The notes below the pieces were generated by a model, which was not told the origin of the DNA, searched no databases, and saw nothing but the letters and a program-made list of their open reading frames with translations. A stretch of 64,000 bases of DNA from Candidatus Omnitrophota bacterium (lineage in GTDB: Bacteria > Omnitrophota > Gorgyraeia > Gygaellales > Profunditerraquicolaceae): assembly GCA_026387355.1 (NCBI GenBank), contig JAPLLW010000016.1, forward strand, positions 6,240 to 70,239. Direction: 5' to 3'. Every line of letters starts with the position of its first letter. Within the stretch, counting starts at the first letter, position 1. Positions 12,237-23,418 of this stretch are shown in pieces. A program made the translations under genes and the position numbers.

Positions 12237-13562
12237 TTAATCTGCCCCTTCTCCGTCGTGAACTACTTCTTTTGCCTCTTTGCGGGCTCTTACGATTACG
12301 CGCTTAAGACTGATATATTTATCGACCAGCTCTCTATTATTTACAGCATCTAATTGCTTGAAAAGAAAATCAAATTTATTTTCTATCTCTGAAGCTATTA
12401 CATCGCGCAATTCTTGCGATAAACCCATAATATCTTTCTTAAATGGACCTAAGGCCTTTTTCCGCGCTTTATAGAAAAACTGCTCGTCAGTCTCGCCGGC
12501 CTTTCTCTCGTTAGCAGCATTCACTATGAGCCAATCATACATCTTCTTCTTTAAATCCGCTGGGAAATGCTTGCTATCTAACATCATATTCTGAAAACCG
12601 GTAGCCAGATGCACCTCTAAAGTATCATTCTGCGGAAATTTATGGAACATATCTTCCGGCAGAGTGGATGCGCCATGCTGCACTGCTCCACCCATACCAA
12701 ATTCTTTTTTAGCTAAGCCGGATAATGTCTTAAGAGTCGCGAAATCCAGCTTTACCTCATCAATCGATCCGTCAGCCTTAACTACGCCGCCGTGAGATGT
12801 CCCTGTCTGCACAGAAATCTTGCTTATCCCGATTAATCCCTTACGCAATCTTTCTTTATAACCCTCCATGAATGCGCGCAGGTCTTCGGGAGTAGAATTC
12901 TGATGACCTACCTCTCCTATCTCGCCTCCGACAGAGACGGTAACACCCTTAGGTTCAATTCTGCGGATAAATTGTGTCAGCTTTGCGCAAACCTCATAAT
13001 TATCCTTCTGCTGTTTCTTGATATCTTTCTTACTTAAATCCACTAGAGTGGATGAATCAATATCGATATTGTAAAAACCGGATGCCACTGCATCAGCAAT
13101 CATTACCTGTAACCCGTCTAATTCCTTATTGGGATTTTCCTGGAATTTCTTGGCATTTACCTGCACGTGGTCTGCCTGAATAAATACCGGTCCGCGCCAA
13201 CCCTCTTTTATCGCTGCTGCCAAAACTATACTAGTATATTCTACAGGTGGTTGAGCAGTATAACCCATCTCGGATTTAGCGATTTCAAAGATAAACGCAC
13301 CGCTATTATTCTTCTTGGCTACACGGAATATTGCCCTGGCTAAATCATAAGTCATGCTGCGTAAATTTATCGCAGGCACAGTAAATCCGCTAACCTCAAG
13401 TTTACCTGCCGCCATATATAAATCATGAATACTCGAAGAATAAATCCCTGCTTTATACGCCAGAACCAGAATCTTCTTGGCCAATTCTTTTTTTACACCA
13501 GCATCATCGGTGAAGATTAAATCCATAGCAATTTTATCAATACTTAAAGCTCTCCTACCCAT
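12237..13562 (-). CDS. Class II fructose-bisphosphate aldolase family protein (long form)
   Basis: PAINLR, QADH, GEIGEVG, GTSHGG, VQHGAST metal-binding motifs; directly downstream of pfkA. Confidence 0.8.
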   Translation of the reverse strand: MGRRALSIDKIAMDLIFTDDAGVKKELAKKILVLAYKAGIYSSSIHDLYMAAGKLEVSGFTVPAINLRSMTYDLARAIFRVAKKNNSGAFIFEIAKSEMGYTAQPPVEYTSIVLAAAIKEGWRGPVFIQADHVQVNAKKFQENPNKELDGLQVMIADAVASGFYNIDIDSSTLVDLSKKDIKKQQKDNYEVCAKLTQFIRRIEPKGVTVSVGGEIGEVGHQNSTPEDLRAFMEGYKERLRKGLIGISKISVQTGTSHGGVVKADGSIDEVKLDFATLKTLSGLAKKEFGMGGAVQHGASTLPEDMFHKFPQNDTLEVHLATGFQNMMLDSKHFPADLKKKMYDWLIVNAANERKAGETDEQFFYKARKKALGPFKKDIMGLSQELRDVIASEIENKFDFLFKQLDAVNNRELVDKYISLKRVIVRARKEAKEVVHDGEGAD

Positions 13563-13580
13563 CTTGCTAACTACTCCTTT

Positions 13581-14540
13581 CTAAGTTAATATCCTAATTA
13601 AATTATGCCAATATTCTGCGTTAAGCTCTTTCTTCTTAATAGCGGTTGCAAAATCTACTTCATTAACTCTACCGCAGCTTATGCCAACAGCCCTATCATA
13701 CCTACCTTGTAACAAACAATCTACTGCTGCCTGGCCTAGACGCAAAGCAAGATCCCTACTAACTGCTGTAGGCCTTCCACCTCTCTGGATATGCCCCAAA
13801 ACTACAGAACGCGTCTCCAAAGAAGTCATATCTGTTATCGACTTCGCAATATCTTGCGCATGTCCTGATCCTTCAGCCAAAACAATAATCCAGCTCACCT
13901 TACCGCGAATATTGCCCTCAACAATATCGTGGCACATCTTCTTGAGATCGAGTTCTATCTCAGGAATAATCACATCTTCGCAACCGCCTGCTAAAGCTAC
14001 CGCTAAAGCAATGAAACCGCAATCCCGACCCATAACCTCAACCACAAAAACCCGCTCCATACTGGTCGCAGTATCGCGAATATTATCAATTGCATTCAAA
14101 GCAGTATTTATAGCAGTATCTGCACCGATAGTAACATCAATACCGTTAATGTCATTATCGATAGACGCAGGGATTCCTACGCAAGGGACTTTATATTTTA
14201 AGCCAAAATCATGTGCAGCAGTAAAAGAACCGTTTCCTCCGATAACCACAAGGCCATCAATAGCGTATTTCTTGATCGTATTATAAGCGCGCTCTTGCCC
14301 TTCTTTAGTCTGAAGCTCAGTGCAGCGAGCGGTCTTTAAAATCGTCCCGCCCTGGTTTATAATACCGGAGACTGAGCGATGGTTGAGAACCTGCACTTCT
14401 TCATTAATTAAACCCCACCACCCGCGGTATATCCCCGTCACTTCTAATTTCTGAGAGATACCGTAACGCACTACTGCGCGTATCGCCGGATTCATACCGG
14501 GAGCATCGCCACCGGTAGTTAAAACTGCTATTCTTTTCAT
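13581..14540 (-). CDS. pfkA: 6-phosphofructokinase
   Basis: LTTGGDAPGMN, IGGNGS, SIDND, EVMGR, LGHIQRGG. Confidence 0.95.
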   Translation of the reverse strand: MKRIAVLTTGGDAPGMNPAIRAVVRYGISQKLEVTGIYRGWWGLINEEVQVLNHRSVSGIINQGGTILKTARCTELQTKEGQERAYNTIKKYAIDGLVVIGGNGSFTAAHDFGLKYKVPCVGIPASIDNDINGIDVTIGADTAINTALNAIDNIRDTATSMERVFVVEVMGRDCGFIALAVALAGGCEDVIIPEIELDLKKMCHDIVEGNIRGKVSWIIVLAEGSGHAQDIAKSITDMTSLETRSVVLGHIQRGGRPTAVSRDLALRLGQAAVDCLLQGRYDRAVGISCGRVNEVDFATAIKKKELNAEYWHNLIRILT

Positions 14541-14546
14541 TTTTAT

Positions 14547-16232
14547 TTACAACCCTTCTATCTGCATATCGCGCGGATGTTCCACGATGCAGGTATAGAA
14601 TATCTCTTTCTTCTCTTTCGGAATTAAACCGAATTCCCAAAGCCAGATACCCTTCTTATCTTTCCAGTCCTTCTGGGTAGGCTCAAGGCTTACCTTTTCC
14701 ATCTTTACCTTAATCCGGTCATCTTCGGAGATCGGAATAACTTCAAAGATCTTAACCTTTATATTCTTTGTTTTATAATTCTCTACGGTAATTTTATATT
14801 TATATACTGTCTTCTTGGTCGGCGAAGGAATCCCAGCGATAAGCGTCTCATCTACTTTCTTTTCAAGAAGCTCTCTCTTTACCTTTACATTCTCATCCAC
14901 GCCAAGATATAAATCAAATTCTTCTTGAGGTGCGATATTTTTAATCTGCGATACACCTACAAAATCTCCATTCAAGAAAACATTAACCCTGCCGCCTAAA
15001 AGCTGCAGATCTTTAGCGTTAGTCACCTTGCTTCCAAGGTAAGCAAAAGTAGAAAGACGCGGATAGGCATAGTACGAGAATACCGAAGACAAAACCTGAG
15101 CAGAAACTGGTAGTTTGTATTCTTCTCCGCTAGATTTAACATTTGCTGCCTTAGTTATTTTATAAATAACTGAAATACCCTTTTCTTCTTGTTGAGCATA
15201 ATCATATTTGGCTTTTTCCACTGCCGCAGGTGACGCTGCCATTGAACCAACTGCGAGATCCAAAGACTCAAATTTGCTCGCTTTACTCCTCATACTCAAA
15301 TTCGTACATTCTTGATCGTACATTACTTCTTTGGCCACCATTGGTTGGTAAGGCCTCAAAAACCATGACTCTGGCTCAGGGAGGCTTCCTGAAACATTAA
15401 CTTTTGCCGTTGATAAAGACATCTGCACATCTTGCCAATCTTCACCGGTATTCTGCTTAACAATGGCAAATGAAACTAATTCTGTCTCCTGTTTGTCAAA
15501 ATCTACCCTAGCGTCATAAATAGGGTACCAATAGGCTCCTCTTACCCGGTAGGCAACCTCAAGATTTATATTTCCTGGTTTTACTACTTCCAGATCAACA
15601 ATAATTGAACGCTTCATCTTCTGCATAGGCCCTGCTATATCAGCAAGCTGCCTACGCAAAACATCTATCTGCTTTCTTGTTTCGCGAATATCCATTTCTG
15701 CCTGAATTACCTGCGCATAATTATCCTTTAATCTCACATCGAGAAAAGTTAATGTATCCGATAGCTCTTTTGCCGGAGGCATCTTGGTAACTAAATCTTT
15801 TGGAAGTTGATCCTTGGAAAAAAGACGTACGGAATCAAGAAATAACTTTTCGTCGGCTAATATCCTCTTAGTATCTTCAAACTTACGGATCTGGTCTTCG
15901 AGTTTCTGAATTTCGTCCTGTATTGCTTTTACCTTATCTATAGGCTGCTCTTTAAGAAACTCTTTTTTTACATAAGCACCTAATATCTTAACGCTGGCGC
16001 TACCCTCACCAGATACGCGCAGAGAGTTTTCATCAATCTCAGGTATTATATCTGCAAAAACAACCTTATCCTGACCCAAGGATAACTTTACTTGAGCGCT
16101 CCTTTTAACCAGGGCATCGCCGCTATAAACAGTTACTTCGGAGATCTTAGAATCTGCTTTAAGCTCTTCCGCTAAGGCCATCCCCGAAGATAAGAAAAAC
16201 AACGCAGGTAATAACACAAAGATTGTTTTCAT
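14547..16232 (-). CDS. Exported DUF4140/DUF4139 (MuiA-like) protein
   Basis: Signal peptide, SKISEVTVY, coiled coil, WYPIYDAR, QNTGEDW, LSTA motifs. Confidence 0.8.
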   Translation of the reverse strand: MKTIFVLLPALFFLSSGMALAEELKADSKISEVTVYSGDALVKRSAQVKLSLGQDKVVFADIIPEIDENSLRVSGEGSASVKILGAYVKKEFLKEQPIDKVKAIQDEIQKLEDQIRKFEDTKRILADEKLFLDSVRLFSKDQLPKDLVTKMPPAKELSDTLTFLDVRLKDNYAQVIQAEMDIRETRKQIDVLRRQLADIAGPMQKMKRSIIVDLEVVKPGNINLEVAYRVRGAYWYPIYDARVDFDKQETELVSFAIVKQNTGEDWQDVQMSLSTAKVNVSGSLPEPESWFLRPYQPMVAKEVMYDQECTNLSMRSKASKFESLDLAVGSMAASPAAVEKAKYDYAQQEEKGISVIYKITKAANVKSSGEEYKLPVSAQVLSSVFSYYAYPRLSTFAYLGSKVTNAKDLQLLGGRVNVFLNGDFVGVSQIKNIAPQEEFDLYLGVDENVKVKRELLEKKVDETLIAGIPSPTKKTVYKYKITVENYKTKNIKVKIFEVIPISEDDRIKVKMEKVSLEPTQKDWKDKKGIWLWEFGLIPKEKKEIFYTCIVEHPRDMQIEGL

Positions 16233-16253
16233 GTTTACGCCTCCATTTTTAAA

Positions 16254-17510
16254 TCAGGTACCCATCTCCCAACTTGCCAGATATTTCTTCTGCTCAGCCG
16301 TCAAAGTATCTATTTTAATCCCCATAGACTTTAATTTCAGGCGCGCAATATTCTTATCGATATCATCCGGTACTTTATAGACCTGTTTTTTGAGTTTCTT
16401 GTGATTCTTAATCATATACTCAGCAGAGAGCGCCTGATTGGCAAAAGACATATCCATTACCTGAGCCGGATGTCCTTCTGCAGCAGCCAGATTAATCAGA
16501 CGTCCTTCTCCCAAGAGATAGATCTTGCGTCCATCGCTCATTATATACTCAACAGTAAAATCACGGATTTGCTTCTTCTTTTTGGCTAATTTCTCCAAAG
16601 CCGGAATATCGATTTCGACGTTAAAATGCCCGGAGTTAGAGATAATCGCACCATTTTTCATAGCCTGAAAATGCTCCTTGCGTATAACATTGATATCCCC
16701 TGTGACGGTTACGAAAATATCTCCGATGCGCGAAACTTCTTTAATAGTCATAACACCGAATCCATCCATATTCGCTTCCAAGGCTCGCAAGGGATCAACT
16801 TCTACCACGATAACCTTCGCTCCTAAACCGGCTGCGCGCATGGCAGCGCCTTTTCCGCACCAACCATAACCGCAAACCACAAAGTTACTTCCAGCGATTA
16901 ATTTATTGGTCGCCCGGATAATCCCATCTATTGTAGATTGACCCGTACCATAGCGATTATCGAATAAATGCTTAGTCAATGCGTCGTTCACCGCAACGAT
17001 CGGATAACGTAGTTTACCTTCACTTGCCAGAGCGCGTAGCCTGATTACTCCGGTAGTTGTCTCTTCTGTCCCACCGATGATATTGGAGTGTTCTGAAACT
17101 TTACGCTGGTGAATCGTACTTACCAGGTCTGCGCCATCATCCATAGTAATATCAGGCTTTATCGCGAGCGAAGCATACATATGCTTATAATATGTCTTGG
17201 TATCTTCTCCCTTGATCGAGAAAACGGAAATCTTTAAATTCTTAGCCAAAGAAGCAGCCACATCGTCCTGCGTTGAAAGCGGATTGGATGCGCATACCGC
17301 CAATTCTGCACCACCGGCCTTTAAGACCTCCATTAATACCCCGGTCTCGGTAGTTACATGCAAACAAGCAGCAAGCTTTACCCCTTTTAAGGGCTTCTCT
17401 CTCTTAAACCTCTCGGCGATAAGAGCAAGAACCGGCATATTATTACGCGCCCATTCAATTCTTAACGCGCCTTTATTTGCTAACTTTATATCTTTAACAT
17501 CATATTTCAT
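16254..17510 (-). CDS. ahcY: Adenosylhomocysteinase
   Basis: [51 protein letters not shown]. Confidence 0.97.
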   Translation of the reverse strand: MKYDVKDIKLANKGALRIEWARNNMPVLALIAERFKREKPLKGVKLAACLHVTTETGVLMEVLKAGGAELAVCASNPLSTQDDVAASLAKNLKISVFSIKGEDTKTYYKHMYASLAIKPDITMDDGADLVSTIHQRKVSEHSNIIGGTEETTTGVIRLRALASEGKLRYPIVAVNDALTKHLFDNRYGTGQSTIDGIIRATNKLIAGSNFVVCGYGWCGKGAAMRAAGLGAKVIVVEVDPLRALEANMDGFGVMTIKEVSRIGDIFVTVTGDINVIRKEHFQAMKNGAIISNSGHFNVEIDIPALEKLAKKKKQIRDFTVEYIMSDGRKIYLLGEGRLINLAAAEGHPAQVMDMSFANQALSAEYMIKNHKKLKKQVYKVPDDIDKNIARLKLKSMGIKIDTLTAEQKKYLASWEMGT

Positions 17511-17520
17511 TAATTACTCC

Positions 17521-18696
17521 TTAAAGTTTAGCTGCTTGTTTTTTGAGCGCTTCAGACTTATCCATTTTCTCCCAACTAAATTCATCTCTACCAAAATGAC
17601 CATAGCATGCTGTTTTCTTGTAAACTGGCTTTAACAGCCCTAAGGAGCTAATTATTCCTTTAGGAGTAAGCTCAAAGTTCTGACGGATTAATTTCACTAA
17701 CTTTTCATCCGCAAGCTCTCCGGAGCCATATGTATCAACATAAATTGAGAGCGGATCAGCGTATCCAATAACATAGGACAACTGCACCATAAACTTATCC
17801 GCAAGACCTGCAGCAACCATATTCTTGGCGATATAACGACACATATAAGCAGCTGAGCGGTCTACCTTAGTAGGATCTTTACCTGAAAATGCGCCTCCGC
17901 CGTGAGGGATACTTCCGCCGTAAGTATCTACGACAATCTTTCTACCGGTCATACCGGTATCTGATTGCGGTCCGCCCACGAGAAATTTACCTGTCTGGTT
18001 GACATAATATTTTGTATCTTTATCCGCCAAGCCCTTTAAGATTGGGTCAGCGATAACCTTGATCATCTCTTGCCGCGCTTTTGCAGTAATATGCTTTCCT
18101 GATGCATCCAATATATCATCTGTATGCTGACAGGCGATAACCACTGAATCAACGCGCTTAGCTTCTCCGTTTTCGTATTCAACGGTTACCTGGGATTTAC
18201 AATCAGGACCCAAGTATTTTAAAATACTGGACCTACGTACATCCGCCATACGCTTAACTAACCTATGCGCTAAAGTTATAGGTAGAGGCATATATTCTTT
18301 TGTTTCTTTGCAGGCATATCCGAACATAATCCCCTGATCTCCCGCACCGCCGGTATTTACTCCTTGCGCAATATCCGGAGACTGTCTGTTAATGGTATTC
18401 ACGATTGCGCAGGTATGATAATCAAAGCCGTATTTGGGATGGGTATAGCCAATCCCCTCAATTACCTCCCGGCCTAACTTTTGGATATCAACGTAAGAAT
18501 TAGTTGTAACTTCTCCACCGACAATCAAAAGACCCATCGTAACATATGTCTCGCATGCAACCCTAGCATGCTGCGGGTGAGTATCATCTTTTAAGATTTT
18601 ATCTAATACCGCATCGGATATCTGATCGCAGACCTTATCCGGGTGCCCCTCTCCTACCGACTCTGAAGTAAAAAAATGCTTACGCACAGCCATCAT
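17521..18696 (-). CDS. metK: S-adenosylmethionine synthetase
   Basis: [35 protein letters not shown]. Confidence 0.97.
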   Translation of the reverse strand: MMAVRKHFFTSESVGEGHPDKVCDQISDAVLDKILKDDTHPQHARVACETYVTMGLLIVGGEVTTNSYVDIQKLGREVIEGIGYTHPKYGFDYHTCAIVNTINRQSPDIAQGVNTGGAGDQGIMFGYACKETKEYMPLPITLAHRLVKRMADVRRSSILKYLGPDCKSQVTVEYENGEAKRVDSVVIACQHTDDILDASGKHITAKARQEMIKVIADPILKGLADKDTKYYVNQTGKFLVGGPQSDTGMTGRKIVVDTYGGSIPHGGGAFSGKDPTKVDRSAAYMCRYIAKNMVAAGLADKFMVQLSYVIGYADPLSIYVDTYGSGELADEKLVKLIRQNFELTPKGIISSLGLLKPVYKKTACYGHFGRDEFSWEKMDKSEALKKQAAKL

Positions 18697-18706
18697 TCCT
18701 CCTTAG

Positions 18707-19447
18707 TTAATGCTTAGCAAATTTTTCATTTGCCGCCTTTAAATATTTAATATCACCGATATCGTACCAAGAACCCTTAAAAATAAAACCATAAGTATCA
18801 ATTCTATTCTTAAGCCAATCAATGTAATTACCTGTAGCGTCTACTTTCATGCCGGTCTTAATAAAATCATTAATCATGCCCAATGATTCAGCCGGTATAT
18901 AATACAAACACATTGCCACAAGGCGTGATTTTGGTTTTAACGGTTTCTCCGCAAAATCAATAACCTTACCGCTTTTGTCAAGCCTTGCTACACCATATTT
19001 AGAAGCGTCTTTTAAGTTACGTAGCTTATAAAAACCAACCGTCGAGGCAGGTTTATTTCTAACGGCACTTGCAATAAAATTCTTCAAAGTACCGCTGAAT
19101 AAATTATCTCCCCCAATAACTAAAAGATCCTCTTTAAGCCTTAACTTATTTATAGCAAAATTAATATCGCCGATAGCGCCTCTCCTATCAGCATTACTCT
19201 TAGACTGATCATCTATTAAGGTCAATTGTTTCTTCGCCTGAACAGTCTTCTTCCATTTTCTAAACTTAGCGATAAACTTACTATTTGTAATTACGATTAT
19301 ACCGTCTATCTGCCTTAGGCTGTTTAGCTTATCAATAATATAATCAATGATCGGCCTGCCGCTTACCTCAAGCAAAGGCTTAGGGAATTCTTTTGTCAAA
19401 GGATACAGGCGAGTCGCATATCCTGCAGCTAAAATAAGAGCCTTTAT
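18707..19447 (-). CDS. Sugar-phosphate nucleotidyltransferase (NTP_transferase family), probable ATA start
   Basis: The frame extends 16 codons upstream of the track's TTG to give (I)KALILAAGYATRLYPLTKEFPKPLL, the family's N-terminal signature; also GDNLF and WYDIG. Confidence 0.85.
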   Translation of the reverse strand: MKALILAAGYATRLYPLTKEFPKPLLEVSGRPIIDYIIDKLNSLRQIDGIIVITNSKFIAKFRKWKKTVQAKKQLTLIDDQSKSNADRRGAIGDINFAINKLRLKEDLLVIGGDNLFSGTLKNFIASAVRNKPASTVGFYKLRNLKDASKYGVARLDKSGKVIDFAEKPLKPKSRLVAMCLYYIPAESLGMINDFIKTGMKVDATGNYIDWLKNRIDTYGFIFKGSWYDIGDIKYLKAANEKFAKH

Positions 19448-21174
19448 TTTAGTATCTCCATTAATTTCGCCCGGGCAAATGCCTCTATCTCCTCACCAGT
19501 AGAAAGCTTCATCGCTTCATCGGCAATATCTTTAGCCTGCTTTAAAGTTATCGAACGGATCAAATATTTAAGTTCAGGGATAACTTGCGGCGGCATACTA
19601 AACTCATCCAGACCCAACCCTAAAAGTATTAAGGCAAGGCTTGGTTCTCCGGCCATCTCTCCACACATACCCACATTAATATCCGCATTATGCGCAGCAT
19701 CGATAACGTTCTTAATTAAGCGTAAGACCGCCGGATGCGCAGGATCATAAAGATAGGCTACCTTTTCATTCGCCCGGTCAACTGCAAGAGAATACTGAAT
19801 AAGGTCATTACTCCCGATGCTAAAAAAATCAACTTCCTTGGCCAAAATATCCGCAGTCATTGCCGCCGAAGGAACTTCAATCATAACACCCACCTGTATA
19901 TCTTCATCAAAAGGCATGCCTTTAGTCCTAAGCTCGACTTTCGCCTCCTCGAGTATTTTATTTGCCTGCCTTAACTCACCCACCCCTGAAATCATGGGAT
20001 ACATAAGCTTAAGGTTTCCGTGCACAGAAGCCCGTAGTATCGCCCTTAACTGCAACTTGAATACCTCTGGCCGCGCCAAACAAAAACGTATCGCCCTCCA
20101 GCCTAAAAATGGCTGCATCTCATGCGGAATCTGAAATTGCGATAAGAATTTATCTCCTCCTAAATCAAGCGTGCGTATAATAATCGGATAAGGATTCATC
20201 TCCTCTGCTACATATTTATACGCGTGATAATGATCATCTTCGGTAGGGAGATCTTTCCTGTTCATATAAAAGAACTCAGTTCGATATAGCCCTATGCCTT
20301 CGCCTCCGTGAAGTTTAACTGCCGGCACCTCATCGGGAAATTCAATATTCGCATTTATTTCAACCTTATTGCCATCAAGGGTAATTGCGGGAAGGTCCTT
20401 AACCGCAAGAAATTTTTCAGTTATACCTTTTAGCTTAAGCTCTTCGGTATGATACCGCTCTAGCGTCTCTTCATCAGGGTTGATAATCACGATACCCAAA
20501 GATCCGTCAACAATGAGCATATCGCCTTGATTGATCTTTAAGGTGGCATCTTCGGCTCCGACTACGGCCGGGATCTCTAAAGATTTAGCCATAATCGCGG
20601 TATGAGAAGTCTTTCCTCCTATATCCGTAACAAAACCCGCAACATTCTTTTTGTGCATTGCCGCAGTATCTGAAGGAGAAAGATCATGAGCCACTAATAC
20701 TACCCTATCTTTTAATTCATCCAAACCCTTTCTCTCTTCTCCGAGAAGATTACGTAGAATCCTTTTACCTACATCGTTAATATCGGCAATGCGCTCTTTT
20801 AAATACTCGTCTTCTATCTTTGAAAAAACAGATATATATTTTCTTAAAACCTCCTGAAAGATAAATGCTACATTAAGTTTGTCCTTTTTAAGGCGCGAGA
20901 TAACCTCTTCGATAAGCATGCGATCTTCCAGAACCAAAAGGTGCGCATCAAAAATCTGCGCCTCCTCCTGCCCCATCTCGGTGCTTATCCTTTTCTGTAA
21001 TACAATAATCTCCCTGCGCGTCTTAATTAAAGCTTCTTCAAAAAGCTGTATCTGGACAGGAATATCCATATCAGATATTGCATGCTTTGGCACATTCAGC
21101 TCTTCCTTGCCTAGTTTATGAGCAACTCCGATACTGATTCCGGAAGCAGCAGCTATCCCTCTTAGACTTATCAT
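19444..21174 (-). CDS. ptsI: PTS enzyme I
   Basis: GGKTSHTAIMAKSL phospho-His motif, GIGLYRTEF, FSIGSNDLIQY, MCGEMAG. Confidence 0.96.
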   Translation of the reverse strand: MISLRGIAAASGISIGVAHKLGKEELNVPKHAISDMDIPVQIQLFEEALIKTRREIIVLQKRISTEMGQEEAQIFDAHLLVLEDRMLIEEVISRLKKDKLNVAFIFQEVLRKYISVFSKIEDEYLKERIADINDVGKRILRNLLGEERKGLDELKDRVVLVAHDLSPSDTAAMHKKNVAGFVTDIGGKTSHTAIMAKSLEIPAVVGAEDATLKINQGDMLIVDGSLGIVIINPDEETLERYHTEELKLKGITEKFLAVKDLPAITLDGNKVEINANIEFPDEVPAVKLHGGEGIGLYRTEFFYMNRKDLPTEDDHYHAYKYVAEEMNPYPIIIRTLDLGGDKFLSQFQIPHEMQPFLGWRAIRFCLARPEVFKLQLRAILRASVHGNLKLMYPMISGVGELRQANKILEEAKVELRTKGMPFDEDIQVGVMIEVPSAAMTADILAKEVDFFSIGSNDLIQYSLAVDRANEKVAYLYDPAHPAVLRLIKNVIDAAHNADINVGMCGEMAGEPSLALILLGLGLDEFSMPPQVIPELKYLIRSITLKQAKDIADEAMKLSTGEEIEAFARAKLMEILK

Positions 21175-21440
21175 TTATCTTCCTCGGCAATAATAATCTT
21201 CTCTAGCTCTTCCATGGCCAAAACAGCATCTTCTCCGTCCGCTTCGATAATAATTACACTTCCTTTTTCCGCGCCCAACATAAGAATACCCATAATCGAT
21301 TTACCGTTGACCTCTTCTTCATCGCGCCTGACAATTATGCGAGAGTCAAATTTATTTGCAACTTGCACAAATAAAGCTGCCGGCCTAGCATGTAAGCCCT
21401 GTTTGTTTTTTACAATTAATTCCTTCTTTACCACTGCCAT
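21171..21440 (-). CDS. ptsH: Phosphocarrier HPr
   Basis: GLHARPAA (His15 motif) and GKSIMG (Ser46 motif). Confidence 0.95.
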   Translation of the reverse strand: MAVVKKELIVKNKQGLHARPAALFVQVANKFDSRIIVRRDEEEVNGKSIMGILMLGAEKGSVIIIEADGEDAVLAMEELEKIIIAEEDK

Positions 21441-21444
21441 AAAA

Positions 21445-22686
21445 TTAAATCTCCTCGATTAACCCTAAAATAATCTTGGCTAACTTTGTAGAGTCATGCC
21501 TAATCACCTTGTCTTCAATGATTCCAAAATCGTCCTCTACCACTCTATAGCCCATCTCTTCAATTCTTTTTCTATCGTTAACTACAAGATTTGAACCCTC
21601 TTTAGTATAGCGACTTAATATACTCTGCGGGATTTCGCCGTTATTCAGAACGCAATAATCAAGCACTCGGGGATGAGAATGTGTAATAAGCACTTTAATA
21701 TGCTCGGAAGCAGCATAAGCATCAGTCTCCCCCGGTTGAGTCATGGCATTACAAACATAAACCTTGATTGCGCCTGAAGAAACAACCGCATCTGTAATCT
21801 CCTGAATCAGAAGATTAGGGATGATGCTCGTATAGAGCGAACCCGGCCCTAAAACAATAACCTGCGCCTCTTTAATTGCCCTTATAGCATCCGGCGTAGC
21901 CTTAGATTGCGCAGGATTCAGATAAACTCTTTTTATAGAACGATTGCTCTTAGGAATTTTATTCTCTCCCACGGTAGTAGAGCCATCCTTATGTTCAGCT
22001 ACCAAAACCACTTTATTTAATGTTGACGGTATAACCTGCCCCCTTAATGCCAGAACCTTACTTGTCTCTTTTATTGCCTTTTCAAAATCTCCGGTTAATC
22101 GCGTCATTACCGTAATAAAAAGATTTCCGAAAGAATGTCCTGAAAGTTGCGAATTTGTATCAAAACGGAATTGAAATAAATCCCGCATAAGCGTCGGTGC
22201 ATCTGCAAGCGCGACAAGGCAGTTACGAATATCTCCGGGGGGCAATATATCAAACTCCTCACGAATTCTACCGGATGAGCCACCATCATCTGCTACGGTT
22301 ACTATAGCCGATATGTTGGACGAAAATTCCTTTAACCCGGTTAAAAGAACCGATAATCCCGTTCCCCCTCCGATAACCGCAATCTTTGGGCCACGGGTTA
22401 ACTGCCGATTATGATAAATAATATCAAAAAGCTCTTGGTTTCTTGAAGCCGGCATAAATGCTGCGATAAAAGAACGCATCATCCGTTTAATGCCTAGAAT
22501 TAAAATTATTATTCCGCAGAACAAAATTAATGAATCAAGGATCTGTATACCTAGAAATTCCTCTGAACTCAAATGGCTTGTAGCAAAAATTAGCAAAAAT
22601 ATGCCGAAAACACTTAAGCCTGCCCAACGCTTAAGCCCTATGCCGGGGTAAAACCATTTCAACATACTATTTATTTTATTAGTCAT
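21445..22686 (-). CDS. yvcK: YvcK/GlmR (UPF0052) family protein with N-terminal membrane segments
   Basis: IGGGTGL, VADDGGSSG, PPGDIRNCL, GHSFGNL, GPGSLYTSIIPNL, TQPGET. Confidence 0.9.
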   Translation of the reverse strand: MTNKINSMLKWFYPGIGLKRWAGLSVFGIFLLIFATSHLSSEEFLGIQILDSLILFCGIIILILGIKRMMRSFIAAFMPASRNQELFDIIYHNRQLTRGPKIAVIGGGTGLSVLLTGLKEFSSNISAIVTVADDGGSSGRIREEFDILPPGDIRNCLVALADAPTLMRDLFQFRFDTNSQLSGHSFGNLFITVMTRLTGDFEKAIKETSKVLALRGQVIPSTLNKVVLVAEHKDGSTTVGENKIPKSNRSIKRVYLNPAQSKATPDAIRAIKEAQVIVLGPGSLYTSIIPNLLIQEITDAVVSSGAIKVYVCNAMTQPGETDAYAASEHIKVLITHSHPRVLDYCVLNNGEIPQSILSRYTKEGSNLVVNDRKRIEEMGYRVVEDDFGIIEDKVIRHDSTKLAKIILGLIEEI

Positions 22687-22712
22687 TATATCTTTCTAAA
22701 TAATAAAGGCTA

Positions 22713-23183
22713 TTAAACCTTTTTTTCGTCTTCTTGAGTTATAATCTTAAGTACTGCCTTATCATCGCTGCAATTACGCAAGGTATCTCGGAAGTATTTA
22801 TCCTTAAGCAGTCTTGAGATCCGCGCCAAGGCTTTTAAGTGTGGGCCGGCGGAATCTTGGGGCGCAACCAGAAGAAAGAAAATATAAGCTAACTCTCCAT
22901 CCAAAGAATCAAAATCAACACCTTTCTTAGAAAGACCGAAAGCAGCAACTAACTTTTCTACACAATCTGATTTCGCATGAGGAATGGCTATCCCTTGACC
23001 GATGGCAGTTGAACCAAGCGCCTCTCTTGCCATAAGCGAATCAATGAGTTTATTGCGGCAGCGCTTCTCAATATCCCCTGCGGCAATAAGACCATCGACC
23101 AGTTCCTTAATAACATCTTCTTTTTTTGTAGAGCTGATATTGGTGATGATCGCTTTCTTGGATAAAAAATCTACAATCTGCAT
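22713..23183 (-). CDS. PTS IIA component (Fru/Ntr type)
   Basis: Real start is MQIVDF at 23183 after an AGGAG SD (the track's longer version runs through tRNA-Gly); REALGSTAIGQGIAIPH, GVDFDSLDG, HLKALARISRLL. Confidence 0.9.
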   Translation of the reverse strand: MQIVDFLSKKAIITNISSTKKEDVIKELVDGLIAAGDIEKRCRNKLIDSLMAREALGSTAIGQGIAIPHAKSDCVEKLVAAFGLSKKGVDFDSLDGELAYIFFLLVAPQDSAGPHLKALARISRLLKDKYFRDTLRNCSDDKAVLKIITQEDEKKV

Positions 23184-23213
23184 ATTAATTCTCCTTTCGG
23201 TATTATATAAATT

Positions 23214-23227
23214 TGGAGCGGGAGGCG
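23214..23227 (-). repeat. Duplicated 3' end of tRNA-Gly including CCA (att-like remnant)
   Basis: Minus strand CGCCTCCCGCTCCA; 11 nt identical to the tRNA-Gly 3' end at 23337-23347, followed by CCA. Confidence 0.6.
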
Positions 23228-23336
23228 TTCTGCTGCGCGCTTTAATATTTTTTTTCAAGCGCTTTGACGCGCTTCGCAGAACTTGCCTCATAACAAGCTT
23301 TTCGAAGCCGTGGACAAAAGTACCACGGCGAAGAAA

Positions 23337-23409
23337 AGCGGGAGGCGGGATTCGAACCCGTGACATCAACCTTGGCAAGGTTGCGCTCTACCAGCTGAGC
23401 TACTCCCGC
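23337..23409 (-). tRNA. tRNA-Gly (GCC)
   Basis: GCGGGAGTAGCTCAGCTGGTAGAGCGCAACCTTGCCAAGGTTGATGTCACGGGTTCGAATCCCGCCTCCCGCT; cloverleaf, U discriminator, no encoded CCA. Confidence 0.95.
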
Positions 23410-23418
23410 GTATTAGCT

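Noticed and set aside
23184-23378. 65-aa N-terminal extension of the PTS IIA ORF
   Set aside because: It overlaps tRNA-Gly and palindromic DNA; a good SD and ATG exist at 23183.
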